Shown piece after piece: positions 12,993 to 25,691 of a stretch of DNA of 64,000 nt. Both the position numbers and the translations under genes were made by a program. How positions within the stretch are numbered: position 1 is the stretch's first letter; each line of letters begins with the position of its first letter. This stretch comes from Octopus vulgaris (Eukaryota). The stretch covers positions 34,472,001-34,536,000 of the forward strand of contig OX597815.1 in NCBI GenBank assembly GCA_951406725.2, written 5' to 3'. The notes below the pieces were generated by a model, which was not told where the DNA came from, searched no databases, and was given only the letters and a program-made list of their open reading frames with translations.

Positions 12993-13406
12993 GGATCTTT
13001 TCGGTTTGAACGGCAGTTTTTTAACATAATTTCTAGGTAACTAAAAAATTTTAAACTTCGTATACTGGTAGGATGTGTTTATAAAACATCTTTTTCTCTT
13101 GGCTTTATTGAGAAAATTCTATAGTTTGTAAGATATTTGTTGCTTTTTTTCCTTCAATTTCTGCAATTTCAACCAATCAATGACGTCCATTGAGGTAAAA
13201 AAACACATTCTGTGCCGTATGAATATGTCCCTCGTTTAAGAAACAGATTTACATTTGTGAAGAAAAAAAGATACCCTTCCCCCCGACCCCTAACCCTAAC
13301 CCTAAAACAGATTGAAATGCAATAGATTGATACTAGGGTCATAATTATGGGTGACAATTTCATATGACACCGCTAGAAAAAACTGCCGTTCAAACCGAAA
13401 AGATCC
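12993..13406. mobile_element. Non-autonomous DNA transposon with 29-bp TIR and 8-bp TSD (Merlin-like?), copy 1
   Basis: TIR GGATCTTTTCGGTTTGAACGGCAGTTTTT; TSD ACGGAATG at 12985-12992 and 13407-13414; internal (CCCTAA)n. Confidence 0.9.
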
Positions 13407-13514
13407 ACGGAATGAATAAGAAAGATGATAAAACACTATAATTGAAACGAGATATTTATATATAAAAATTAGAACGTATGCTTGCGTCTGTCGGGATACC
13501 TCGCTTCCCAGTTA

Positions 13515-13861
13515 TCTCTCTCTATATAAACGGCAGTTTGTCTGTCTGTGTGTCTGTGTGTCTGTCAGGTTGTACCCTCACCCTGACCACGGCTTTCAAC
13601 CGATTCTGATGAAACTTGACACACACATAGCCCAATGTCATAATTCAAAACTAACGCAGCGAAAATTTTGAAAAGTTCCCCCAGTTCTGAGAAAAATCGA
13701 TAAAATCATGCCATTTTGGGAAATTGCGTTCAAATTCAAGATGACATATTTTCGACAATATCTTTCTCAAATTGGCAGGAATTTTTTAAAAATTCACAGC
13801 GAGCATCATGTCTGCTCCAGGGGCTCTTACATACCCGGGAAATGCCGGGCTATGCTGCTAG
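13515..13861 (+). mobile_element. Non-autonomous Helitron (family B)
   Basis: TC start, (GTCT)-like microsatellite near the 5' end, 3' hairpin CCCGGGAAATGCCGGG, CTAG end, A|T insertion. Confidence 0.75.
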
Positions 13862-14054
13862 TTTTTGATAACTGTGTATTTGCTTATTTTTCATTTTGGT
13901 GATATTAAATACTACATCAAAGAAGTTGCGGAGAAAGCCAGTTGACAAAAATTGAAGTCTTAGTGTTGGTCGTATTTCTCACTGATTCTTTTCATTTGTG
14001 TTTTGGTGTCGATATAAATTATTCAGATTCATTCAATTATCATAATTTATCATA

Positions 14055-14331
14055 TCTTTTACTTGTTTCAGTCATTAGACTGCGGCCATATTGGGGCACC
14101 AACTTAAATTTTTAGTGGAATGAATCGGCCCCAATACTTATTTTTTAAGCCCGGTACTTATTCCATTGACCTCTTATATGTATGTGTTTCCATCTACCAA
14201 ATTCACTCACAAAGCTTTGGTCGGCCCGAAGCTATAGCGGAAAACACTTGCCCAAGGTGCCACGCAGTGGGATTGAACCTGGAACCACGTGGTTGGGAAG
14301 CAAGTTTCTTTCCACACACCACGCCTGCGCC
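14055..14331 (-). mobile_element. CORE-type tRNA SINE with internal deletion
   Basis: Reverse complement matches the head and tail of the family. Confidence 0.8.
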
Positions 14332-14858
14332 TGGTAAAATTTACAAAATCTTTTCCGATGTCAACAAAGTTCATTCAGTCTAGTATTTCTCCGCATCACT
14401 TTGAAGGTAGACTCCGTTTAGCCGTCCAATATCCTGACGTTGCAGGGAGTAAGTTTTCAAATAAAAATGTAAATTATTATCTTCTCTGCACCGCAGGGTC
14501 GACAACGACGATACTCTTTTCTGTTGTTATAGCTGCGGACAGTGTTTTTGTTTTTGGTTTTTCTCCGGTCCGTTCAAACTGTGTGGTTCTTTTTTATCCT
14601 TTCCTTACTGTTTTTTTTTCACCAACAGACACTTCATTACCAATTTTCGATGGCCACCTGCTTTTCAACGAATAACTACTTTTAATATTTATTGACCTTG
14701 AATGATCGTCATTTTGTAAAACAGCACGCTAACTGTAAACAGCCATTAAAATGTCTATCTATCGTGATAAACATGTAAACTTGTGTTCCGTTGTTTTCAA
14801 AAGTAAATTCTTGTTGTGAACCATTATGTAAACTTTCGTTTTACATCTGCATTTTATA

Positions 14859-15124
14859 ATTAAAAAATAAATAAATTCGCCCTTTTAAAGCCTAGCCAGG
14901 CTCATGGACCCGGTTTCCCGGTTTCAATGACGTATTTGTTCCCCAGCTGGACGGGTCGCCAGTCCATCGCAGCGTTACTCATTTTTGTCAGCTGAGTGGA
15001 CTGTAGCAACGTGAAATGAAGTGTTTTGCTTAAGAACACAACGCGTCGCCCGGTTCAAGAATCGAAACCACAATCTTACGATCATGATGCTGACACCCTA
15101 ACCACTAAGCTACGCGCCTCCACG
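14859..15124 (-). mobile_element. tRNA-derived SINE with V-like domain (fourth family)
   Basis: Minus-strand tRNA head GTGGAGGCGCGTAGCTTAGTGGTTAGG...GGTTTCGATTC and CGATGGACTGGCGACCCGTCCAG motif; 13-bp TSD TCTGCATTTTATA (14846-14858, 15125-15137); degenerate copy at ~22630-22810. Confidence 0.85.
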
Positions 15125-15585
15125 TCTGCATTTTATAGACTTATAAAATCACTATCTATTTGCAGGGTCGAAAGACATGATATTGTACGGTAGTTATAAG
15201 CAATAATAACTGTTACGTCTAGAATTGGCACAGAAATTCAATCTATGGAGGAAAACAACATAATTGATTTAATCGAGTCAAGTATATAATTGTTAGATTA
15301 TTTATTGACCCCTAAAAGGTGAAAGACAAAATGAAACCAAGATAAACAATAATCAGAAAGTAATAATAAAAAAGCAACAACAACAACAACAAAGAGATGC
15401 AGCACGAATTTTGTCAGTGAACAGGTCGCGACGAAAATATTTTGGCAAATTAAATTTAAATGTTGAAGTGAATCTAACAGTTTTTGTGCTTTTAAATGGC
15501 TTATAAACACCTTCCGCGCTGCAATTGTTTTTGTTTCAGCACGCGATCTCAAATCAGGTCACTTGCTATGCATGTACATCGTAAT

Positions 15586-15972
15586 GTGGAGGCGCAATGG
15601 CCCAGTGGTTAGGGCAGCGGATTCGCGGTCATAGGATCGCGGTTTCGATTCCCAGACCGGGCGTTGTGAGTGTTTATTGAGCGAAAACACCTAAAGCTCC
15701 ACGAGGCTCCAGCAGGGGATGGTGGTGATCCCTGCTGTACTCTTTCACCACAACTTTCTCTCACTCTTACTTCCTGTTTGTGTTGTACCTGTATTTCAAA
15801 GGGCCGGCCTTGTCACTCTCTGTGTCACGCTGAATATCCCCGAGAACTGCGTTAAGGGTACACGTGTCTGTGGAGTGCTCAGCCACTTACACGTTAATTT
15901 CACGAGCAGGCTGTTCCGTTGATTCGGATCAACCAGAACCCTTGTCGTCGTAACCGACGGAGTGCTTCCATC
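15586..15972 (+). mobile_element. tRNA(Arg)-like-headed SINE (OR-type), tail variant 1
   Basis: Nearly identical to 12322-12707; TSD ACATC(G/A)TAAT at 15576-15585 and 15973-15982. Confidence 0.9.
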
Positions 15973-16014
15973 ACATCATAATAAAAATTTAAAAAAAAGC
16001 TAGCTAAATATTTG

Positions 16015-16206
16015 TTTCAAATTTTGGAACAAGGCAAGCAATTTTGGAGTAGAGGTAAGTCGATTATATCGACCCCGGTGCTTAACTGGTACTTACTTTA
16101 TCGACCCCAAAAGATGAAAAGCAAAGTCGACCTCGGCAAAATTTCGCCCGTAATGACAGGCGAAATACAGCTAAGCATTTTGCCCGGCGTGCCAGCTCAC
16201 CACCTT
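16015..16206 (-). mobile_element. Meta-domain SINE, short form, degenerate
   Basis: Reverse-complement match to the 1214-1613 family. Confidence 0.7.
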
Positions 16207-16230
16207 AACCTAGATGAATATTGAAAGATA

Positions 16231-16657
16231 GGATCTTTTCGGTTTGAACGGCAGTTTTTTAACATTAATTTCTAGGTAACTAAAAAATTTTAAACTTCGT
16301 ATACTGGTAGAGTGTGTTTATAAAACATATTTTTCTCTTGGCTTTATTGAGAAGATTCTATAGTTTGTAAGATATTTGTTGTTTTTTTTCTTCAATATCT
16401 GCAATTTCAACCAATCAATGACGTCCATTGAGGTAAAAAAAAAAACAACATTCTGTGCCGTATGAATATGTCCCTCGTTTAAGAACCAGATTGAGTTTAT
16501 TTACATTTCTGAAGAAAAAAAGATACCCTTCCCCCCATCCCTAACCCTAACCCTAAAACAGATTGAAATGCAATAGATTGATACTAGGGTCATAATTATG
16601 GGTGACAATTTCATATGACACCGCTAGAAAAGACTGCCGTTCAAACCGAAAAGATCC
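16231..16657. mobile_element. Non-autonomous DNA transposon (Merlin-like?), copy 2
   Basis: Same TIR and interior as 12993-13406; different 8-bp TSD GAAAGATA (16223-16230 and 16658-16665). Confidence 0.9.
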
Positions 16658-17339
16658 GAAAGATATTTAATCTGGTATTCAACCTTTTTTGGTATACCAG
16701 CGCAACAACAACAACCATAACAAGAACACAATAGCAACAACACTAGAAATTACCACGCCAACATTATCCAACAACAGTTGGGGCATTAGTGTTTTGAAGA
16801 CAATTTGAATAATTTTTCTATGAATAATTTCTCTTCCAAATCCGGTCCTGTATTTTTAGAACAGAAATGGTTAAATAAATGAGATATTTGTCCAAATTCA
16901 TGTATTGTTTGTTTATATTCCACTACATTAAGCAAGACATTTGAGTCTACATTACCTCAGTTCATCTAGGTTTGAGGAACAGCTAGCATGCTTTCTAGGA
17001 AATTTTATGTGAGATAGACTAAATATCACTCTAGCCAAGTAGCATTAAAATGTACCTCATTACCTTGATGCAGCAAAAATCCGAATTACGAGACATATTT
17101 ATGGTTTGATACGATTCTTGAACTGATTAACTCTATATAATCTAAAGAACTGAATCATCGATATTGCCACGAGAATGAATGGAAAGGGAAGAAATTTAAA
17201 AAAAGAAAGAAAGTATGAGTAAAAAAGAAAATGAATGATATGCTTTGAATAAATTAGAAATACATCCACTCTATTGAAAATAAAACTTTGAAATATCTCC
17301 AAAAATAGCACATCGCATAGAATACACACACACATGTAT

Positions 17340-17430
<91 letters not shown>

Positions 17431-18214
17431 TATACATACATATATATATACATATACATACATATAAATATATATATATATAAATATGTGTGCGTGCGTG
17501 TATGTGTGTGTGTGTGTGTGTGTATCTTAACTTAATATATATGGAAGTTCAAAAGACATAAATTTAAAAAAGAAATCCACTTGAAAATAAAAGAAAGAAA
17601 TGAAAATTTCGAAGTAATTTATGAAACTTTAACTGAGAAAGAAAACAAACAAAAAAAAATTGAAGAACTAAATATATTCTGAATATATAGTTTCTTTTTT
17701 TCTTTTTTTTCTTTTTTTTTTTCTTAACGTGCAATATATTGAACGGCGCAATATCAGAAGTTTAATATATCAAACCAATATCATAAGGATGGTAAACAGT
17801 TTTAAAGGTGGAACTACACAATACTCATTGTAAAAGCTTCATATGAAACACTTTCATGAAATGATTTATACATCAAACATTATAAATTTAAACTTACTCT
17901 TTTACATTTAATATCAACCACGATGATATTTAGTTCTTGATATACACTACATTACGCCCTAATAATAAGTTATTACATTGTTATTGTTATTTATATTTTA
18001 ATCAATATAAGGGTTGTGAAATGGCTCAATCGGTAATGTTGTATTAAATGCCCTGCTGTAAATACATGCTTACGTCCCTTGACAGTCTGATGGTAAACCT
18101 CACCAAAGTCGCCTTTGCTTTAAACCTTTCCGGACTCGATAAAATATACAATGGTTATATAGAAGGACTAACCCTATGTCATAAAAATACAGGTCTTATA
18201 TGAATAATAGAAAT

Positions 18215-18420
18215 CAGCACTATTCTCTTATACCCATTTTTTGCCTCTGCTCAACTGTACCTCTTTGCCCATGCGCACTGACATTAAACATCCAACAGAT
18301 AACGTTAACTTTATATCTTTCCAGCCTTCGCACATCCTCTGCTTCTAATGGTCCCGTCTCTCTCTACGATGCGGCTTCGCAGTTGGTATACAAATGTCGT
18401 ACAGCCTACCCCAGAATCAT
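18215..18420 (-). mobile_element. RTE-clade LINE fragment (post-RT region)
   Basis: Minus strand translates to RLYDICIPTAKPH...AEDVRRLERY...CWMFNVSAH...QKMGIR, resembling the RTE GRLY..CV...LHGSETW...RRLER motif. Confidence 0.6.
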
Positions 18421-18574
18421 CAAAGCATCGGAAAAATGCTCTGCGATATTTCTTCCCGTTTTGCGCATTCCAAGACCAAGTTTTCCTTTCTTCCCTCCGG
18501 TGTCAATAAAATAAGATAACAAATTAGTCCTGAGATCGATAATATATTATATAACGAATCCCTTCCCTCGTCTG

Positions 18575-18989
18575 AATTTCTCCCAGCCTATTTTTTCATC
18601 TAAAGACCCCTTTGATTACCATTTTACACTAGTGGACCCCCATAGCCATTCAATTTTATAGATATTTCTTTCAAAATCCCTATTTTGTTCACACAATCAC
18701 TTGTGTAGGTTTGCAACAGTATTCACTAAAAGAACATGAATCAGTGACCAGAGACTTATTGAACTAAGTTAAGCATTAGCGAACGAAACCCTGTTGTTTC
18801 TTGAAATAAATACGTCTAAAGCGAAATGTTTTCATGGAATCCTAAAACATCTCCATAAATACCCATTTTACCAATTTGTTTCTGGACTCCACAAAATTTT
18901 ATATGGCCCTTTTGGGGCCATAGTATTTTGCTTGCATGGAATTTTTATGGCCCCACAAGAGCCATACGGACTCCGGTTGAGGACCATTG
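18575..18989. mobile_element. hAT-like non-autonomous element (left end degenerate)
   Basis: Right end GGTTGAGGACCATTG; GGACCCC-type subterminal motifs. Confidence 0.5.
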
Positions 18990-18997
18990 CTCTACAT

Positions 18998-19256
18998 CAG
19001 TGGTTCTCAAACAAGGTCCATATGACCCTTTAGGGGTCCATATAAGGTTTTGTTGTCAAAATTTACGTAAAATAAATTGGTTACAACTTTCACAATACAC
19101 AAAATATTTTGTCAATCATTTAAATACAATTCCAGATAATACTTAATTCTAAATATACAATAAGGTTTCTTTTAAACATCGAACATCTATGAGGGTTCAC
19201 CCGAGTAAAATAGGAATCAAAGGGGTCTATAGGCAAAAAATGGTTGAGAACTATTG
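18998..19256. mobile_element. hAT (Charlie-like) MITE
   Basis: TIR CAGTGGTTCTCAA / TTGAGAACTATTG; 8-bp TSD CTCTACAT at 18990-18997 and 19257-19264. Confidence 0.85.
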
Positions 19257-19516
19257 CTCTACATGATATTGTGGCTTATGAAGAAAACATTTTTTTTTGT
19301 TATTGTTGTTGTTACAACTGCTTTTGTTGATGCTTTGTGGTATTTCTTCCGGTTCTTTGCGTTTTGTGTTCAAGTCGCAGCAGAGTCGATAAAATAAAGT
19401 ACCAATCAAGAACTGGGTTCAATGGTATTGACTAACCGCTCCAAATTACTAGACTTGTGCTAAAATTTGACATCATTATTAATGCACCTTGTGTTACGAG
19501 CTGCAATAGCAGCAGC

Positions 19517-20133
19517 GGTGACGATGGCGGAGGCGACGATGCTGGAGGCGACGATGGCGGAGGCGACGATGGCGGAGGCGACGATGGCGGAGGATGGCGG
19601 AGGCGACGATGCTGGAGGCGACGATGGCGGAGACGACGATGGCGGAGACGACGATGGCGGAGGCGACGATGGCGGAGGCGACGATGCTGGAGGCGACGAT
19701 GGCGGAGACGACGATGGCGGAGGCGACGATGGCGGAGGCGACGATGCTGGAGGCGACGATGGCGGAGGCGACGATGCTGGAGGCGACGATGGCGGAGGCG
19801 ACGATGCTGGAGGTGACGATGGCGGAGGCGACGATGCTGGAGGCGACGATGGCGGAGGCGACGATGCTGGAGGTGACGATGGCGGAGGCGACGATGCTGA
19901 AGGCGACGATGGCGGAGGCGACGATGCTGGAGGCGACGATGGCGGAGGCGACGATGCTGGGGGCGACGATGGCGAAGGCGACGATGCTGGAGGTGACGAT
20001 GGCGGAGGCGACGATGGCGGAGGCGACGATGCTGGAGGCGACGATGGCGGAGGCGACGATGCTGGAGGCGACGATGGCGGAGGCGACGATGGCGGAGGCG
20101 ACTATGGTGGAGGCGATGATGGCGGCGACGGTG
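19517..20133. repeat. GC-rich 15-bp minisatellite (GGAGGCGACGATGGC / GGAGGCGACGATGCT), ~40 units
   Basis: Directly visible; followed by a (GCT/GTT)n trinucleotide tract at ~20200-20580. Confidence 0.95.
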
Positions 20134-20479
20134 GTACCTGATATCGATGAAAGACGAGGGTTTTCATTTTCCTTTCTGTCACATTCTTGGCAACAACGTA
20201 TGATGTTACTGCTGCTGCTACTGCTACTACTGCTGCTGCTACTGCTGCTGCTATTGTAGATGTTCTTGTTTTTGTTGCTACTGTCGTTGCTGCAACTGTT
20301 GTTGCTGTAACTGCTGCTGCTGCTGCTGTTGTTGACACTGTTGTTGTTGCTGCAACTGTTGCTATTGCTTACTGGCGCTGCTGTAAGTGGTGGTGATGCT
20401 GCTGATACTGCTGCTGTTTTTGTTTCTTTTGTTGCTGCTGCTGCTGTTTTATTGTCGCTGTTGCTTTTGTTGTTGTTGT

Positions 20480-20512
<33 letters not shown>

Positions 20513-20966
20513 TACTGCTATTGTTGATGCTGCTGTTCTTTTCATTACTGCTGCTACCGTTGTTGTTGTTGCTGCTGCTGTTTAGCTCCACCCCCCCCAC
20601 CCCCGGGCTAGGTCAAGCTTGATCAAGAAGACCTAAATAATATGTTAATTAAGTCTCCTGTTAATTACCGTCAAAGTTCGTACAATATTTTATAGTTTAA
20701 CGCGTTCAGTAAAAATAGATTTGACTTCTCTTAATCAGAATATAATAAGGAAGATATTGCGAATGATCGATCGTCTTAACAATCCAATATGGCTGCGAAA
20801 CGTCTGGGTACAATCATTGCTGAGTGGCTCAAAATTTCGCTTCGTAATCTCGTGGATCCAAGTTCGAGATCACTATACGGCAGATTTTGCACCCTAGGCA
20901 ATGTCTCCTGCCCAAGTCGAAATCAATCGTATATGTGTATGTATGCATGCATGCATGTATGTATGT

Positions 20967-21374
20967 GAAAGATTTGAAAGAATGAACCTGTGGAAAATGA
21001 GGGAGTGTTGCTTTTTATGTGTGTGATTTGAAGGAGGGAATTGCTTGAGTCGTGGAGACCTGGTCAGCCATCAGAAAACTCACAGTAATCAACCCATTGT
21101 AAATTATGATATGGGTATTGTTCAAAACAAAATATGTGCAACCTGTGGAAAGGTGTGCCTTTCAGATAGAGGATTAACAAGGCATGTCAAAAGAATTTAT
21201 ACTGTAGCACCTGTTCATGCAGTTAGCCAACACAGCTGCGCATTATGCAATAGAATGTGCAACTCTTTTGCCGGGCTCAAGAGTCATACAAGGGCCTCAC
21301 ATTGCATCGTCAATTACTCATTTCAGTGATTCTTTCTCGTAATGGCTTTGCACGTACACGAGAAAGCAGTTACT
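20967..21374 (+). mobile_element. Second LINE 3' end encoding ~3 C2H2-type zinc fingers, with (ATGT)n tail
   Basis: CLSRGDLVSHQKTH...ICATCGKVCLSDRGLTRHVKR...SCALCNRMCNSFAGLKSHTRASH; 3' UTR AATGGC...GAG..AGCAG homologous to 2452-2484. Confidence 0.6.
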
Positions 21375-21377
21375 ATG

Positions 21378-21416
<39 letters not shown>

Positions 21417-21835
21417 GTGTGTGTGTGTATGAATGAATGAATGTATGTATGTGTTTGTATGTATGCATGTACGCACGTACGTATGGATGTATGTATGAAT
21501 GTATGTGTGTATGCATGCATGCATGTATGTATGTATGTATGTATGTATGTATGTATGTATGTACGCATGTATGTATATGTACATACATATAGACACACAT
21601 ATTCATACATACATGCATGTATATGTATACATGTATATATGTGTCTAAATATATATAATTATATACGTGTCTAACGAAAATAAATAAGCCGAAACTACGA
21701 GTTCGCTGTCAATCTTTTATCATTAGAGTACGGTTGATTAGACGCGACGATAAAGTCAGCGACATATAAAATTGAGCCAAATTTACACGATCAATATTTT
21801 ATATAATGTGTTAATACTAAATATTTTTTATGTTC

Positions 21836-21895
<60 letters not shown>

Positions 21896-22011
21896 TTATC
21901 TATCTGTCTGTCTGCCTGTCTTTCTATCTATCTATTTTTCTGTTTACGACTCTCTTTATATGCTTTAACTATGAAGTTATACATATACGTTTGTACGTAT
22001 ATATATTTCTG

Positions 22012-22215
22012 TACTACCCACAAGGGGCTACACACAAAGGGGACAAATAAGGACAGACAAACGGATTACGTCGAACCCAGTGCGTAACTGATACTTAATT
22101 TATCGACCCCGTAAGAATGAAAGGCAAAGTCGACCTCGGCGGAATTTGAACTCAGAACGTAACGGCAGAAGAAATACAGCTACGCATTTCGCCCAGCGTG
22201 CTAACGTTTCTGCCT
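22012..22215 (-). mobile_element. Meta-domain SINE fragment
   Basis: Reverse-complement match to 1230-1440. Confidence 0.8.
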
Positions 22216-22944
22216 TTGTGCGTATATAAATGTATGTATACATGCACATTTGTATGTATTTATATATGTATATATGGTCTCTTCGGTTCCAATTATATGA
22301 AGTTTTCCTGTAAGGAAGGGGTTGGTTTCTAACGAAGATATAAAGTTCCGTCTTTGAAATGTAGATAACGAAAGTAATGTCAAAAGAAGTTTTGCATATT
22401 CTCACTGTTTCTTTTTTACAGACTGTATTTGTAAGGTGTATGTTAACTCTTGATTTCTTTTGTTAAAAAAAGCGCAAGATTTTCCAGACTGTCACAAAAA
22501 CCAAGTTCGCCAAAATGTGTATGGATGCACGAATGTATTTCCTGTTTTGTTGCAGGTCAGTTCTGAATGAGCAGGCCTGTGATCGAAGACGTTTCCAGCC
22601 ATGGCCAACTGGCCTTTATGTATATTTGTGAAGGCCCGTGGCCTAGTGGTTTGGGTACTGCACACACGACCGGAAGATTATAGTTTCGATTTCTGAACCG
22701 GCTGTGTTTTGTGTCCTTGAGCAAAACACTTTATTTCACGTTGCTCCAGTTCACTCAGATGAAAACGGATAACCTTGTGACGGATTGGTTCGCAAGGGTG
22801 AGATGGTAACTTGGGAAAATCATCCGAATGGAAGTTTCGCGAGCCACGTTTTGTATTCAAGGATCGAAAGGATGTCTGAAATAGCTAAAAAAATTACCCT
22901 TAAATCACACCCTATCTTTTTAAAATGAGGGACACATTAGCTAA

Positions 22945-23342
22945 TCTTTATATATAAAAGAGAGGTTGTGTGCTGTCTGTCTCCTACGATTTAGATTCCT
23001 AACTACTCCCACATTTTGCGGTGCAGTTTAAACAAAACCGGGTATCTTATAGTCGTGATTCATATCGAGCCCTTCTGGGTATTAGCGCACGTCTACGATG
23101 AGTCTACGATTTAAAAAAAAATTACCCTCAATTTTTCCCATTTTTAATGCATTTTTGGCATATATAAGGGAAGTAACTCTCTAAAAATGTATTATTAAAT
23201 CTCAGAACGTAAAAAGCTACAGTAACACCCACCCCCCATTGTGGTTAGCCATATTGAGATGGCTATTATACATTACATCTCTAAAAATGCTTATATAGTT
23301 ATTTCCCTTACAAACCCGAGCAACGCCGGGCGATACTGCTAG
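22945..23342 (+). mobile_element. Non-autonomous Helitron (family A, copy 2)
   Basis: Near-identical to 4238-4631; TC...CTAG, A|T insertion. Confidence 0.9.
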
Positions 23343-23950
23343 TATCGTCCTAAATATACATACGACTACACCGTTGTCGAGATTAAAAGCGTATCGCAGA
23401 ATGTCCTCGACTCGATTATGGAGAATCGCGGCCAGCTGGAACTTGCTTTTTGGTCACACCTAAGGTTTATTGGCTACGAGGCAGTATCAAAGAGTTCCCT
23501 GACTAGTTATATTCAATTAAAAAATAACTTATTTATCTATGCAGAACACAATTAAATTGCGTTATAAAGTAATTATAATAGTTACTGAAATTGGACATGA
23601 ACAGCTCTGCTAGAGTCATGAATCCTGTCACATGATGTCTTGTCATCCACTTCATACTGGGACAGATTATTCAACTAATATCCAACATAGTAATGTATCC
23701 TATCTCAGTAATGATTCCATGAACTATGTTAGGAAGAAATGTTATATGCACTCCATAGTATAACCAGTAACATGGTACCTAATTAGAAATAGCTATGTGG
23801 TTCAAGTCCCATCAATGAGACTGTTTCTCTAGTCTGAAATTTAAGAATATATTTTAATCAGTTAATTTATAATAATTGTGGTCGTTTCATCTCCAAGAGA
23901 TTTTTCCAAATATTCTAATTACTGGAAGTTGCCTGCCTATTACTAAAAGG

Positions 23951-24095
<145 letters not shown>

Positions 24096-24106
24096 CGTAA
24101 ATACAT

Positions 24107-24310
24107 ACAAGCTGATATCAAAAAGTTTCCGGGCAAGTTATATTTAATAAAAAAATAACTTATTTACCTAAGTTTTAACATCATCTCTTTCGAAATAGTC
24201 ACCTTGCGCAGCACTACACCGGTCTCAGCGTTCTTTTGTAATCCGGCCTGAATGTCGTTTACAGTAAGCGAGTCGAAGACCTGCGATTCCGCTCTTGATT
24301 TCGACAGCGG
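24107..24310. mobile_element. Mariner-like terminal fragment (related piece at ~23475-23545)
   Basis: TACAAGCTGATATCAAAAAGTTTCCGGG...AAAATAACTTATTTA resembles 23475 TACGAGGCAGTATCAAAGAGTTCCCTG...AAAATAACTTATTTA. Confidence 0.45.
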
Positions 24311-24454
24311 TGTTGCCGTACGAATAATTAACACGATATTAGCCAATGTGTCCCTCATTTTAAAAAAAGATAGGGTGTGATTTAAGGGAATTTTTCTGCT
24401 ATTTCGGACATATCAAGAGACTCTCTTTATATAAATTTATACTCTTTTAGATAC

Positions 24455-24885
24455 CTTTTACTTGTTTCAGTCATTAGGCTGCGGTCATGCTGGGGCACCG
24501 CCTTGAAGAACTTATTAGTCGAATGAACTGGCACTAGTACTTATTTTCGTTTTAAGCTTGGTACTTATTCTATCGGTGTCTTTTGCTCAAGCGCTGGGTT
24601 ACACACCAACACCGGTTGTCAAGCGGTGGTGGTGGTGGTGGTGGTGGATAAACACAGACACAATGACAAACAGGCACGCACACACACGCACACGCACACA
24701 CACATACACATGCACACACGCACACTCATACATAGGACGGGCTTCTTTCAGTTTCGGTCTACCAAATGCATTCAGAAGGGTTTGGTTATTCCGAAGCTAT
24801 AGTAGAAGACATTTGTTCAAGGTGCTACGCAGTCGGACTGAACCCGGAATCATGTGATTGGGAAGCAAGCTTCTTACCACACAGC
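24455..24885 (-). mobile_element. CORE-type tRNA SINE
   Basis: Reverse-complement match to the family, including the internal microsatellite. Confidence 0.8.
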
Positions 24886-25577
24886 TTCGGATCTATTTGT
24901 GGTCATCTTCTGTTAAGAGATTGCCCATGTGCAAGAAGTCAATGTTGAGCTCCTTCTTTCTTTCATTCTTTCTTTCTTTCTTTCTTTCTTATTTTCTTTA
25001 TTTCCTTTTTCAAGTTCTTCTTTTGTTATTCTCTCTACCTTGGTGTAAACCATGATCCGCACCGAGTGTTCCTTCTCTGCATGCTATGTTTCCATTCTTG
25101 CGATCTTCAGTAATCTTTGCTACAATGGTAAGACAGTATGAACATAAATGTGCTTGTAGCATTCATGAGCAAACTGCGGCCCGCCCAACGAAAAGTCACC
25201 TGGATCTTTTTAGTAGTGCGGCCCACCTCATGATGAACCATGTCTCGTGTGACCCGCTTCTCGAAAAAGCTTGCCCGGGTTTCTAGAGCTATATATATAA
25301 CTTGGTGGTTGGTGCTCCAGCATGGCTGCAGCCGCATGGCTAAAACGAATAAAAGGATAAAATCATTTATGTAAACTGTGTGTGCATGTGTGTGTGTGCA
25401 GGCGTGTGTGTGTGTGCGTGTGTGTGTGTGTGCATGTGTGCGAGTGTGTGCGTGCGCATGTGTGTGAGTGTGGACGTGTGTGCATGTGTGTCTATGCATC
25501 TGTATGAATATGTGAATGGATATGTGTGTGTGTTAATGTGCAAGGGCCGTATGTATGTCTGAATGGATGTGTGCATG

Positions 25578-25691
<114 letters not shown>

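Noticed and set aside
13288-13305. Interstitial telomere or fusion scar (CCCTAA)3
   Set aside because: It is an internal part of a repeated DNA transposon, also present at ~16539-16556
19517-20133. CRISPR-like or collagen-like repeat
   Set aside because: No unique spacers, eukaryotic context and no Gly-X-Y period; it is a tandem minisatellite
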